Assembly (NCBI GenBank): GCA_038087875.1
Contig: CM075988.1
Location: forward strand, 3,224,001-3,288,000
Length of the DNA: 64,000 nt
Origin: Malacoraja senta
Taxonomy: Eukaryota
Direction: 5' to 3'
Shown: in pieces, positions 10,110 through 22,994 of the stretch
Numbering within the stretch: position 1 is the first letter of the stretch
Layout: each line of letters opens with the position of its first letter
Program-made: the position numbers and the translations under genes
Notes under the pieces: generated by a model
What the model saw: only the letters and a program-made list of their open reading frames with translations
Database searches by the model: none
Told to the model about the DNA's origin: nothing

Positions 10110-10560
10110 TGTGTGGGAGAGAGAGAGAGGGTCTATCTCTGTATGTGTGAGAGAGGGGTCTGTGTGTGTGCTTCTGTGTGTGTGTGAGAGAGAGAGGGTC
10201 TATCTCTATGTGTGAGAGAGGGGTCTGTGTGTGAGAGAGAGAGAGAGGGTCTATCTCTGTATGTGTGAGAGAGGGGTCTGTGTGTGTGTTTCTGTGTGTG
10301 TGAGAGAGAGAGAGAGGTAGGGAGAGGGGTTTGTCTGTCTGTGTGTGTGTGAAAGAGGGAGAGAGGGGTCTGTGTGTGTGTGAGAGAGAGAGAGAGAGGA
10401 TCCGTCTGTTTGTTTCTGTGTGTGAGAGGGAGAGAGGGGTTTGTCTGTGTGAGAGAGGAAAAGTCTGTGTGTGAGAAAGAAAAGCGGTGTGTGTGTGAAG
10501 GGTAGAGAGGGTTTTACATGTGTGTGAGGGAGAAGGAGAGAGCGAGGGGGAGGGGGAGGG
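10110..10560. repeat. Compound (GA)n/(GT)n microsatellite with a higher-order unit
   Basis: GAGAGAGGGTCTATCTCT.TATGTGTGAGAGAGGGGTCTGTGTGTG recurs several times. Confidence 0.9.
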
Positions 10561-11490
10561 GGTATGTGCCGATGAGTGAGTGCATGTGAAGGGCAGAGTG
10601 TGAGTGTTTCTGCCCTGAGTCATTGCAGGACTATGTGTGTGTGGTGACAAGACAGGAGAATGGGGATGTGTGTTGCTAGTGTGATGGTGCTGTTTACATG
10701 AGAGAGAGAGTTTGCATTCCTGTGGCATGTGATAGAGTGTGATAGAGTGGGTGTTGGGGGTGGGAGAAAGAAACAGATCCAGAATTCTTATCCCTTTCCC
10801 CACTCCACTCCCAGAGAGCTGGTACAATTGATCAGTACCCCTCACTGAATATAGACGAAGCCATTGCATCATGTTCAACCTTTTCCAATGTAAAATCTGT
10901 TGCAAAGACTCACTTAACAATCAGCCAACTCCTAAGTCATTATAGTTTTGGTTGTATCCTTCCCACATCCCTTTCTCCACTCAGTTTCCTGAACTGTTAA
11001 TTATGCTGTTAGCCACGGCATTAACAGCATCTTGTTTTTGTTTGGTCTGCAGATGCTTATCATATTCTGTGTTTGCCTTTTCGCATTTAATGTTTTTTTT
11101 AAATTGTTGGGATTTTTGCATTAAAGCAATCGTTTTCCTTTCCGCATGGACCTGTGTCCACTTTGGATGTTGACTGACCATTATTGTTTAATTGCACATG
11201 TATTTTTGGCTCTGTCGTGACTGAATTGACCTAATTGTGGCTGAGTTGTGGACACGAACGACACATTGGGCTGGAATAGTATTCACGATTTGTTTTCCGG
11301 TAATTTCTAGAAAAAAGTCAGTGGAGAGGGAGATGGGGTTTGTGGGAGCTGGTTACTTCTCGACATACGAGGGAATGATTTTGCTGTGGGAAATCTAAAT
11401 GCTGATCGACTTTGGCATGGAATTTGGATGTGAAGTCACTCCCTGGTCATTCCTGCAAAGTCCTCTCAAATATCTGGAGACTGGGAATCT

Positions 11491-11729
11491 GGCGGCACTG
11501 TGGCACAGCGGTAGAGTTGCTGCCCTTACAGCGCCAGAGACCCGGGTTCGATCCTGACTACGGGTGCTGGCTGTACGGAGTTTGTATGTTCTCCCCGTGA
11601 CCTGCGTGGGTTTTCTCTGGGTGCTCAGGTTTCCTCTCACACTGCAGGCTAGTGTGTGCTGGGATCTTTGGTCGGCGCGGACTCAGTGGGCCTAAGGGCC
11701 TGTTTCCGTGCTGTATCTCTAACTAAACT
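11491..11729 (+). mobile_element. HE1/V-SINE-type tRNA-derived SINE (internal deletion)
   Basis: Pol III A box TGGCACAGCGG (11501-11511), B box GGTTCGATCC (11545-11554), V-domain-like core, and a CR1-derived tail ending in TAAAC repeats. Confidence 0.85.
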
Positions 11730-13344
11730 GGATGATAGACAAAATAAGCTAGAGGAACTCAGCGGGACTGGCAGCATATCTGGAGGAAAGGAATAGGTGA
11801 CGTTTTGGGTCGAGACCCTTCTTCAGACTGAAGTTTTTGTACCATCTTTGGTGTAAACCAGCATCTGCAGTTCCTTCTTACATATCTAAACTGGAAGAGC
11901 TATCCTACGGGAATGTAAAACAGTACAGCACAGGATCAGGCCCTTCAGCCCATCATGCTGCCAAAATAGACAAAGCCACCTGCCTGCACATGATCAGTAT
12001 CTTCTGTTCCTTATCTGCTCACATATTTACTACATGCCTCTTAAATGAAGCTGTCGTATCTGTTTCTGCCAAGAATAGCTTCTTCCTCGCTATTGTCAAA
12101 CTCATGAACAGACCTCTCATATGCTGAGGAACAACTTTCTCACCTTCCAGGCTACCTCGTTGTGGCCCTTGGCCTTTTTTCTTCTCTGTTTAAAAAAAAA
12201 AATCTTGCCCTCAAATCTCCTTTATACTTTCGCCCTCTCACCTTAATCCGAATGTTTTCAAGACACCAACCCCTTCTTAATACTAATATGTTCTAGAAAA
12301 TCAACAAAGCTCCCTAATCTCACCATCATCCACATCCTCCTTGGTGAGTACTGATGCAAACTACTCATTAAGAACCTTGACCTCTTCTTCTGAGTATGCT
12401 TAAAATCCTTCCTTTGGACATTGTGCTGGAATAACTCAGTGGGTCAGGCAGCATCTCTGGAGGACGTAAATTAGCAACGTTTCATGTTGGACTCTTCACC
12501 TATTCATGTCCTCTAGAGATGCTGCCTGACCCATTGAGTTTCTGCAACACTTTGTGTCTATTTTTGTAAACCAGCATCTACAATCCTTTGTGTATACATC
12601 TTCCACCTTTTGACTTGCCAATTCCCTCACTACAAAATTGCACCTTAACATAAGGTCATAAGTGATAGGAGCAGAATTGGGCCATTCGGCCCATCAAGTC
12701 TGCTCCACCATACAATCATGGCTGATCTATCTCCCCCTCCTAACCCCATTATCCTGCCTTCTCCCCATTACCCCAGCTTTGGAATTCCCCTTCATCCTAT
12801 TTATCAAGGACATTTCAGCTCTGCCTTTATATTCCTCAAGGGTCTTGGCTGATTTCAGCTTTCTAAATTTGCATATTGTTCTTTTTCTTTTTGAACAATC
12901 CTACAATATCTCGTCATCTAAATGGCGGTAGTGTGTATAAAGGTAATTTTGCCATCAGTGGGGAAACCCCAGGCAAGTTTCCCACCACCATGGGTTAGAA
13001 TTATATCAGCATCCCTTCATCACCATAGACTTTGGGTTGCATCACAGCAATCAAGGGGAGAACGTGCAAACTCCATACAGACAAGCACCGGTAGTCAGGA
13101 TGGAACCGTGGTCTCTGGCGCTGTAAGGCAGTACGCAGTTCATTGCATTGAGAACATTGGACTTTGTCTATGGAACTGATTTGCTACCATGCTCTACAAT
13201 GCTGAGAAGTGTATTCTGCACTTACATTCTTCCCCTTTGCTCTGTCTATTGCACTTGAGTTTGACTTGATTGTATCTGAGTTAGTTAGGTCGCATGCAAA
13301 ACAAAACTTTTCATAGAATGTTGAATATGCAACAATAATAAACC

Positions 13345-13959
13345 TAAACTGGAACTGGAGGGGGGAGGTTCCATTTAAAAAAAAACATAGCGATTTTCAT
13401 TGTGGGGCGGTAGGATACGGGGGAGGTGAAGAGGGGGGGAGCAGGGGGATAGAGGGAGAGGAGGGGGTAGGGGAGGTGAGGAGGGAGATTGGGGAGGAGG
13501 GGAATAGAGGGAGAGGAGGGCAGTGGGGGAGATGAGGAGGGGTAGTGGGAGAGTGGGATAGGGGGGAGGTGAGAAGTGGGGGAGCAGGGAGATAGAGGGA
13601 GAGGAGATGGTAGGGAGGCGACAGGGGTTATAGAGGGAGGGAGGGAGTAACCGAGGGTAGGGGAAAGGAGAGGGACGGAGAGGTGAGGGTGGGAGGGGAG
13701 GAGGGGAGGAGGAGAGGGGAAGGAAGAGGGAGGGTGTAGAGGAGGGGGCGGGAGTGCTGGGGGATGAGAGGGAATGGAGGATAGGAGTGGAAAGAGGGAT
13801 GGCGAGGCGCAGTTGGGGAGGGTTGCCATGACTCGCGTCACAAGGGGGATCTCTGGCATCACAATGGGCACCCCTCAGCCGCGCCTGCACAGTTGGGGGC
13901 TATGGGTCAGTGGTGGAATATTTCGTTGGGGGACGGGGCCCAACGGGTCCGCACTTAGT
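13345..13959 (+). mobile_element. Helitron 3' portion with damaged terminus
   Basis: A polypurine tract is followed by hairpin GGGCCC-AAC-GGGTCC (13936-13950) and GCACTTAGT. This is the same 3' end as 4928-4953 but lacks the final CTAG. Confidence 0.65.
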
Positions 13960-13973
13960 AATAATTAAAATTA

Positions 13974-14266
13974 GGGCAGCATGGTGTCGTTGCAGTAGAG
14001 TTGCTACCTGACAGCGCCAGAGACCCAGGTTCGTTCCTGACTAAGGGCACTGACTGTACAGAGTTTGTGTGTTGGCTCGGTTTCCTCCGGGTGCTCCGGT
14101 TTCCTCCCACACTCCAACGATATACAGCTGTTAATTGTAGTTTATTTGGCTTTGGGAAATTTTTGAATAGTCCTTAGTGTGTAGGATAGTGTTAGTTTAT
14201 GGAGATTACGGATCAGTGCGGACTCGGTGGGCTGTAGGGCCTGTTTCCACGCTGCACCCCTAAACT
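13974..14266 (+). mobile_element. HE1/V-SINE-type SINE
   Basis: Diverged head, core and tail, all collinear with the other copies. Confidence 0.8.
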
Positions 14267-14460
14267 AGATTACTTTAAAAAATAAGTTGCGATATGGGAA
14301 AGCAGAGTCTGTTACATTTGTATAACATTTCTTGGGAAAATGAATTGGGTTTGCAGATGGTTACAAGTGATTCCTCGATATCAAAACATAACGCTACTCT
14401 GTGTAACGGCAGAAAGTTAGATCAATGTCAGAAGAGGGAAGATAATGGGGTTCCTAAATA

Positions 14461-14811
14461 GCTAAAATAAAACAATGCCTCCAGTTTGATGACCTCGAAA
14501 AGATCATCCACACATTCATCTCCTCCCGCCTAGATTACTGCAACTCCCTTTACACTGGCATCAGCCAATCTTCCCTGTCCCGCCTGCAACTGGTCCAAAA
14601 CGCCGCAGCGAGACTCCTGACGGACTCCCGAAAAAGGGACCACATCACCCCGATCCTGGCCTCTCTCCACTGGCTCCCTGTGCGGTTCCGTATAAACTTC
14701 AAGATCCTCCTCCGTCTACAAAGCCCTCAATGGGCTTGCCCCCACCTACATAAAAAGTCTTCTCACCCACCACTCCACCTCCAGGCCCCTCAGATCGGCC
14801 AACTTGGGGTT
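14461..14811 (+). mobile_element. L2-clade LINE ORF2 fragment
   Basis: Translates as FDDLEKIIHTFISSRLDYCNSLYTGISQSSLSRLQLVQNAAARLLT..RKRDHITPILASLHWLPV.FRINFKILL. Confidence 0.9.
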
Positions 14812-17800
14812 GCTGTGGCGTCACACTAACCACCCCCTTTCCTCCAAAGCACGGTTGTGGGGTGGGAATCTGGCACCCACAAACACACACACTTATCACA
14901 ACCCTTTATATTATCTTAATTTTTTTATTTGCTTCTTTTATCCCATCTCCACCCTATCCACTGACGAATAGCCCTCACCTCTCAGGTTCGTCTAGAGGGG
15001 TGGGGGGGCAGAGAGAGAAAATTTAATGTTAGAATTTAAAAAATTTGAAGAGGGGGAGGAGGAGGGTGGAGAGGAAGGGGGAGAGAGAGGAGGGTGTGGA
15101 GAGAGGAAGGAGAGGATGTTGGAGATAGGTGAAGGGGGGGGTTTGATCGGGTGTTCATGAGTTGCATGCGGGCTGTGAAGAGAGGGCAGAGAGAGAGAGA
15201 GAGGGGAGAGACAGAGAGACTGGTACACCAAAAAAAGCTGGTAAAACTCAGCGGGTGCAGCAGCATCTATGGAGCGAAGGAAATAGGCAATGTTTGTGGC
15301 CGAAACCCATCTTTAGACGTGTTTTGTTATGAAACATTGCCTATTTCCTTCGATCCAAAGATGCTGCTGCACCCGCTGAGTTAAGGGAAGGGGAGAGGAG
15401 AGTGGGGAGTGGGAGAAGAGCGGGGAGGGCAGGAAGGGGGGCGAGGGGGGAGGGGATGAGGGGAAGGGGAGAGGAGTAGGGGGGAGAGAGGGAGGGTGGG
15501 GGGAGAGATATGGGGAGGGAGAGGGGAAGAGTGGGGAGTGAGGGGCAGAGGGGTAGTGGGGAGTGGTGCAAGAGAGAGGGGAAGGGATTGGGGGGGAGAT
15601 GGGGGTGAAGAGGGGTGGTGGAGGGGGAAGAGAGGGTGTGGGAGGGGGAGAGGAGAGAGGGGGAAGAGTGGGGAGGGAGAGTTGAAGTAGGAGGGGTAGG
15701 GACAGTACATCTGTTACCCATTCCCTATCACCCCCAATCCTCTTTCTCTATTCCCACACACGTGACGACGCCCTTCGACACAGGCTGTGGGGGTGGGGGG
15801 GAGGGGCTGGGGCTGTGGCTGCTGCAAAGGCATATGTAAATTGGTCCATTTCGATTGGACATCTTTGAGCATTGGGCATTGTGACATCACAAAACGGAAC
15901 CTTCATTAACATTCTATTGCTGAGAGTTTTTTTTTAACATTTTGAAATTTCCCCATTCCCTATCCCCCCCACACACGTGGCGACGCCCTTCGACACAGGA
16001 TGTGGGGTGGGGGGGAAGGGGCTGGGGCTGTGGCTGCTGCAAAGGCATATGTAAACGGATTCATTTCGATTTGTCACACGTGTCGCAGGGCGTCGCCACG
16101 TCTGGGGGTGATAGGGAATGGGGAAATTTCAAAATGTTAAACAAACAGCTCTCAGCAATAGAATGTAAATGAAGGTTCCGTTTTGTGATGTCACAATGCC
16201 CAATGCTGCGGGGGTTGGGGGGGAGGGGCCGGGGCTGGGGCTGCTGCAAAGGCATATGTAAATGGATCCATTCCGATTGGACATCTGTGACCATTGTGCA
16301 TTGTGACATCACACAACGGAATCTTTACTAACATTCTATGGCTGAGCTGTTTTTTTAAACATTTTGAAATGTTTGGTTTGGGGGGGGGGGGAGAGGTATT
16401 TTATTTTAAAAAGCGTACATAAACACGACCAAATTTAACCAGGATCGTCTATTCGTAAAGATAAACGTAACCTCTTTAGAAACGGTAAAAAACATCGGCG
16501 TTTCCACGCGCCACGTGTGTGTAGGGCGGTATCAAAGGGCCGCGCGGCACAAGTCAAGCAGAACGTTGGACGTACAGACGTATAGACGGACGACAGCCAG
16601 AGAGTTTTATATAATAAAGACTAGGCCAAGTGCACACCCGTTGGGTCTGGACACCGAACGTGCGTTTGTGGGGGGGGGGGGGAAGGCTGTGGCGTCACAC
16701 TAATCACCCGCTTTCCTCCAAAGCACTTTTTGAGGAGGAGGGTGGAGAGGAAGGGGGAGAGAGGAGAGGGGTGGAGAGAGGAAAGAGAGGATGGGGAGAG
16801 AGGTGAAGGGGGGGGTTGGGCGGGCTTGCATGAGTCGAGTCGCGGGCTGTGAAGAGAGAAGGGCAGAGAGAGAGAGAGAGGGGAGAGACAGAGAGACTGG
16901 TACACAAACAAAAGCTTGAGAAACACAGCGGGTGCAGCAGCATCTATTGAGCGAAGGAAATAGGCAACGCTTTGGGCCGACGCCCATCCTCAGACAGGTT
17001 TTCTACCGAAACGTTGCCTATTTACTTCGATCCATAGATGCTGCTGCACCCGCTGATGATATACAGGTATTTTTTGTGTACCTTCGATTTTCCAGCATCT
17101 GCAGTTCCGTCTTAGAGACAGAGAGACTGTCGGCGGGCTGTTTTCCCAACGCGCGTTTGAGGGAGGGGGGGTGGGCTGCGGCATCACACTCATACTAACC
17201 ACCCCCCAAACTCACACTAACCACCCCCAAACACACTCGGGGGGATGGGGTGAGGGGGGAGAGGAAGACGGGGTGGGGAGAGAAGAGGGGAGAGGAAGAC
17301 GGGGTGGGGAGAGAAGGGGAGAGAAGAGGAGAGGGGGGGGAGGGGAGAGGGGGAAGAGGAAAGGGGAGAGATTGGGGAGTGAGAGGAGATCAGGGTGGGT
17401 GAGAGGGAGGGGGAGGAGAGTGGGGAGTGGGAGGAGAGCGGGGAGGGCAGCAAGGGGGGAGAGGGGGAGGGGATGAGGGGAAGGGGAGAGGAGTAGGGGG
17501 AAGAGAGGGAGGGTGGAGAGAGGTGGGGAGGGAGAGGGCAAGAGTGGGGAGTGAGGGGTAGCGGGGAGTGGTGCAAGAGAGAGGGGAAGGGGGTGGGGGG
17601 GAGATGGGGGTGAAGAGGGGTGGTGGAGGGGGAAGAGAGGGGGTGGGAGGGGAGGGAGGGGGAGAGGAGAGAGGGGGAAGAGTGGGGAGGGAGAGTTGAA
17701 GTAGGAGGTGTAGGGACAGTCCATCTGTTCCCCATTCCCTATCACCCCCAATCCTCTTTCTCTATTGCCACACATGTGACGACGCCCTTCGACACAGGCT

Positions 17801-20800
17801 GCGGGGGTGGGGGGGAGGGTCTGGGGCTGTGGCTGCTGGAGAGGAAGGGGGGAGAGGAAGGGTGGGGGAGGAGGGGGAGAGAGGAGGGGGTGGAGAGAGG
17901 ATGTGGGAGATAGGTGAAGGGGGGGGTATGAGTGGGTGTTCATGAGTTGAGCTGCGGGCTGTGAAGAGAGAAGGGCAGAGAGAGATAGAGAGGTGAGAGA
18001 CAGAGAGACTGGTACACCAAAAAAAGCTGGTGAAACTCAGCGGGTGCAGCAGCATCTATGGTGCGAAGGAAATAGGCAACGTTTGTGGCCGAAACCCATC
18101 TTCAGATGTGTTTTGTTATGAAACATTGCCTATTTCCTTCGATCCAAAGGTGCTGCTGCACCTGCTGAGTTTATACTTCTTTTTTTTGTTTACGTTGCGT
18201 TTGGGGTGGGTGGGGTGCTGCGGCTGCGGCATCACACTCACACTAACCACCCCCCAAACACACAGGCGGGGGGAGGGGGGAGAGGGAGACGGGGTTGGGG
18301 AGAGGAGGGGAGGGGGGAGAAGGAGACGGGGTGGGGAGAGAAGAGGGGAGGGAGGGGAGAGGGGGACGGAGGGGAGAGGGAGGAGGAAAGGGGAGAGATT
18401 GGTGAGGGATAAGAGAGCAGGGTGGGGGAGAGGGAGGGGGAGCAGAGTGGGTAGTGGGAGGAGAGCGGGGAGGGCAGGAAGGGTGGAGAGGGGGAGAGGG
18501 GATGAGGGGAAGGGAAGAGGAGTATGGGGAAGAGAGGGAGAGAGGGAGGGGGAGGGAGAGGGGAAGAGTGATGAGTGAGGGGCAGAGGGGTAGCGGGGAG
18601 TGGTGCAAGAGAGAGGGGAAGGGGGTGGGGGGGAGATGGGGGTGAAGAGGGGTGGTGGAGGGGGAAGAGAGGGTGTGGGAGGGGAGGGAGGGGGAGAGGA
18701 GAGATGGGGAAGAGTGGGGAGGGAGAATTGAAGTAGGAGGGGTAGGGACAGTCCATCTGTTTCCCATTATTCCCACACACGTGACGACGCCCTTCGACAC
18801 AGGCTGCGGCATCACACACACTAACCACCCCCCAAACACACTCGGCGGGAGGCGGGGAGAGGAAGACGGGGTGTGGAGAGAAGAGGAGAGGGGGAGGGAG
18901 GGTAGAGGGGGAGGAGGAAATGAGAGAAATTATTGAGGTTGAAGAGAGTAGGGTGGGGGAGAGGGAGAGGGAGGAGAGTGGTGAGTGGCAGGAGAGCGGG
19001 GAGGGCAGGAAGGGGGGGGAGGGGTGGAGAGGGGGGATGAGGGGAAGGGGAGAGGAGTAGGTGGAAGGGAGGGGGGAGGGAGAGAGGTGGGGGGAGGGAG
19101 AGTGGAAGAGTTGGGAGTGAGGGGTTGCGGGGAGTGGTGCAAGAGAGAGGGGAAGGGGGTGGGGGGAGATGGGGGTGAAGAGGAGTGGTGGAGAGGTAAG
19201 AGAGGGTGTGGGAGGGGAGGAAGGGGGAGAGGAGAGTGGGGAAGGAGAGTGGGGAAGGAGAGTGGAAGAAGGAGGGGTAGGGACAGTCGGGGTGGGGAGA
19301 GGGAGACGGGGTGGGGAGAGAAGAGGGGAGAGGGAGACGGGGTGGGGAGAGAAGAGGAGAGGGGGAGGGAGGGGAGAGGGGGAGGAGGAAAGGGGAGAGA
19401 TTGGTGAGTGAGAAGAGAGCAGGGTGGGGGAGAGGGAGGGGGAGGAGAGTGGGGAGTGGGAGGAGAGCGGGGAGGGCAGGAAGGGGGGAAGGGGATGTTA
19501 GTGGAGAGAGGGGATGAGGGGAAGGGGAGAGGAGTAGGGGGAAGCGAGAGAGAGAGAGGGAGGGGGGAGGGAGAGGGGAAGATTGGTGAGTGAGGGGCAG
19601 AGGGGTAGCGGGTAGTGGTGCAAGAGAGAGGGGAAGGGGGTGGGGGGGAGATGGGGGTGAAGAGGGGTGGTGGAGGGGGAAGAGAGGGTGAGGGAGGGGG
19701 AGAGGAGAGAGGGTGAAGAGTCTGGACACCGAACGTGCGTTTGCGGGGGGGGGGGGGGGAAGGCTGTGGCGTCACACTAATCACCCCCTTTCCTCCAAAG
19801 CACGGAATCCGGCACCCACAAACACACACACTCATCACACCCCTTGATATTATTTTAATTTTTTAATTTGCTTCTTTTATCCCATCTCCACCCTATCCAC
19901 TGACGAATAGCCCTCACCTCTCAGATGCGTCTAGAGGTGCTGGGGCAGAGGGAAAATTTAATGTTAGAAAAAAAAATTTGAAGAGGGGGTGGAGGAGGGT
20001 GGAGAGGAAGGGGGAGAGAGGAGAGGGGTGGAGAGAGGAAAGAGAGGATGGGGGAGAGAGGTGAAGGGGGGGGGGGTTGGAGCGGGCGTGCATGAGTCGA
20101 GTCGTGGGCTGTGAAGAGAGAAGGGCAGTGAGAGAGAGAGAGAGAGAGGGGAGAGACAGAGAGACTGGTACACAAAAAAAAGCTTGAGAAACACAGCGGG
20201 TGCAGCAGCATCTATTGAGCGAATGAAATAGGCAACGCTTTGAGCCGAAGCCCATCCTCAGACTGGTTTTCTACCGAAACGTTGCCTATTTCCTTCGATC
20301 CATAGATGCTGCTGCACCCGCTGATGATATATAGTTTTTTTTTGTGTACCTTCGATTTTCCAGCATCTGCAGTTCCGTCTTAAAGACAGAGAGACTGTTG
20401 GCGGGCTGTTTTCCCAACGCGCCTTAGCGGGAGGGGGGGTGGGCTGCGGCATCACACTCACACTAACCACCCCCCAAACTCACACTAACCACCCCCAAAC
20501 ACACTCGGGGGGAGGGGGGGAGGGGGCGGGAGAGGAAGACGGGGTGGGGAGATAAGAGGGGAGAGGGAGACGGGGTGGGGAGAGAAAAGGAGAGGGGGAG
20601 GGAGGGGAGAGGGGGAAGAGGAAAGGGGAGAGATTGGGGAGGGAGAGGAGATCAGGGTGGGTGAGAGGGAGGGGGAGGAGAGTGGGGAGTGGGAGCAGAG
20701 CGGGGAGGGCAGGAAGGGGGGAGAGGGGGGGAGGGGATGAGGGGAAGGGGAGAGGAGTAGGGGAAGAGAGGGAGAGAGGGAGGGTGGAGGGAGAGAGGTG

Positions 20801-21702
20801 GGGGAGGGAGAGGGGAAGAGTGGGGAGTGAGGGGCAGAGGGGTAGCGGGGAGTGGTGCAAGAGAGAGGGGGAAGGGGGTGGGGGGGGAGAAGGGGGTGAA
20901 GAGGGGTGGTGGAGGGGGAAGAGCGAGGGTGGGAGGGGAGGGAGGGGGAGAGGAGAGAGGGGGAAGAGTGGGGATGGATAGTTGAAGTAGGAGGGATAGG
21001 GACAGTCCATCTGTTTCCCATTCCCTATCACCCCCAATCCTCTTTTCTCTATTGCCACACACGTGACGACGCCCTTCGACACAGGCTGCGGGGTTGGGGG
21101 GGAGGGGCTGGGGCTGTGGCTGCTGCAAAGGCATATGTAAACGGATTCATTTCGATTTGTCACACGTGTCGCAGGGCGTCGCCACGTGTGTGGGGATGAT
21201 AGGGAATGGGGAAATTTCAAAATGTTTAAAAAAACAGCTCAGCAATAGAATGTAAATGAAGGTTCCGTTTTGTGATGTCACAATGCCCAATGCTGCGGGG
21301 GTTGGGGGGGGAGGGGCCGGGGCTGGGGCTGCTGCAAAGGCATATGTAAATGGATCCATTTCGATTGGACATCTGTGAGCATTGTGCATTGTGACATTAC
21401 ACAACGGAATCTTTACTAACATTCTATGGCTGAGCTGTTTTTTTAAACATTTTGAAATGTTTGGTTTGGGGGGGGGAGAGGTATTTTATTTAAAAAAACG
21501 TACATAAACACGACCAAATTTAATCAGGATCGTCTATTCGTAAAGATAAACGTAACCTCTTTAGGAACGGAAAAAAACATCGGCGTTTCCGCGCGCCGCG
21601 CGGGCGCGGGGCGGTATCAAAGGCCGCGCGGCACAAGTCAAGCAGAACATTGGACGTACAGACGTACAGACGGACGACAGCCAGAGAGTTTTATATAATA
21701 GA
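14812..21702 (-). mobile_element. Tandem array of non-autonomous Helitrons
   Basis: 5' ends (minus strand) TCT(T/A)TTATATAAAACTCTCTGG-like at 16620 and 21702. 3' end CAGACCC-AAC-GGGTGTG + CACTTGGCCTAG at 16621-16649, directly abutting the 5' end at 16620. Internal restart at 19720; modules repeated throughout. Confidence 0.8.
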
Positions 21703-21742
21703 TAGATAGATAGATAGATAGTAGATAGATTAGAAGATAGAT
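21697..21742. repeat. (GATA)n microsatellite at a Helitron 5' end
   Basis: ATAGATAGATAGATAGATAGATA.. directly follows the terminus. Confidence 0.9.
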
Positions 21743-22179
21743 AATAATGGAGAAACATTCTGAATTATGAAATAGACAATAGGTGCAGGAGTAGGCCATT
21801 CGGCCCTTCGAGCCAGCACCGCCATTCACTGTGATCATGGCTGATTATCCACACTGAGATGACACTGAGGTCAACCATTTGGGCCTTCACATTGGTGCTG
21901 GCCCAGAGACTGTCTAGATTGGTCTTAATTGGCGCAAATAATGCCTTTGCCCCAGCCAACTATTCACTTTGAATGCCTATGGTTCTGGACAATTCCCTTT
22001 TGAGACCAGATTGTTCCCTTAAATATCATGAGGTCAATGGTTCAGCGCTGTCGTTATTGTCATGTGTACTCAAACACAGTGACATGCTTGTTCTGCACGC
22101 CATCCAGACAAATGGCACGATACATGAGTCCAATTTTTCAACTTCAAAGTCTCTGAAAAGTCTGGTCTTAGCCTTAGAT

Positions 22180-22668
22180 CGGCACTGTGACGCAGCGGTC
22201 CAGTAGCTGCCTGACAGTGCTCTCAGCTCCAGAGATCTGGGTTCAAGCCTGGCTACACGTGCTGTCTGTACATAGTTTGTGCGTTCATCCCGTGACCTGC
22301 GTGGGTTTTCTCCGCATGTTCCGGTTTCCTCCCACATTCCAAAGACGTACAGTTTTATAGGTTAATCTGCTTTGGTTAAAACAAAATTGTAAATTGTCCC
22401 TGGTGTGTTGGAGAATGCCAGCGTACGGTGATCGCTGGTCGGCGCCGACTCGGTGGGCTGAAGGGCTTGTTTCCGTGCTGTTTCTCCGGATGTTCCGGTT
22501 TCCTCCCACACTCTAAAGACATGCGGGTTTGTAGGTTAATTGGCTTTTGGAAATTGTCCCTGATATATAAGATGAAACTAGAGTATGGATGCTCGTTGGT
22601 CGGCATGGACATGATGGGCTGAAGGGCTTATTTCTAGGCTGCATCTCTAAACTCAACTAAACTAAATT
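22180..22668 (+). mobile_element. Two HE1-type SINE copies in tandem (second is 5'-truncated)
   Basis: The core TTCTCCG..TGTTCCGGTTTCCTCCCACA and the tail GGGCTGAAGGGCTT.TTTC each occur twice. Confidence 0.8.
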
Positions 22669-22698
22669 AAAGATGGACACAAAAAGCTGGAGTAACTC

Positions 22699-22858
22699 TA
22701 CATGGTGAAACCAAAATGTATACAAAATATCCTTTATTAAAATCTGACAATGTGCACTTTAATCACCTGATTTTTTCTATTACAAATCTCAAATTGTTGA
22801 GTACAGAGGCAAATAAATAAACGATGTGTCTTTGTCCCAAACATTATGGAGGGCACTG
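22699..22858 (+). mobile_element. Tc1-like transposon right terminal repeat
   Basis: Ends GTCCCAAACATTATGGAGGGCACTG|TA and matches the TIR sequence downstream of the transposase remnant at 50450-50525. Confidence 0.75.
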
Positions 22859-22994
22859 TATATATGAAGAATGGTCTCGACCCGAAATGTCACTCATTCC
22901 TTCTCTCCAGGGATGCTGCCTGTCCTGCTGAGTTGCTCCGCAGTTTGTGCCTACCTTCGATTTAAACCAGCCACCGCAGTTCTTTTCTCATGTC

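Noticed and set aside
9532..10920. 462-aa ORF and the many Pro/Ser/Leu- or Gly/Glu/Arg-rich ORFs at 8-21 kb
   Set aside because: They are translations of microsatellite and polypurine tracts that lack stop codons, with no domain signatures.
11491..11560. tRNA genes at SINE heads
   Set aside because: A/B boxes are present but each continues into SINE core and LINE-derived tail, and I could not build a proper cloverleaf.
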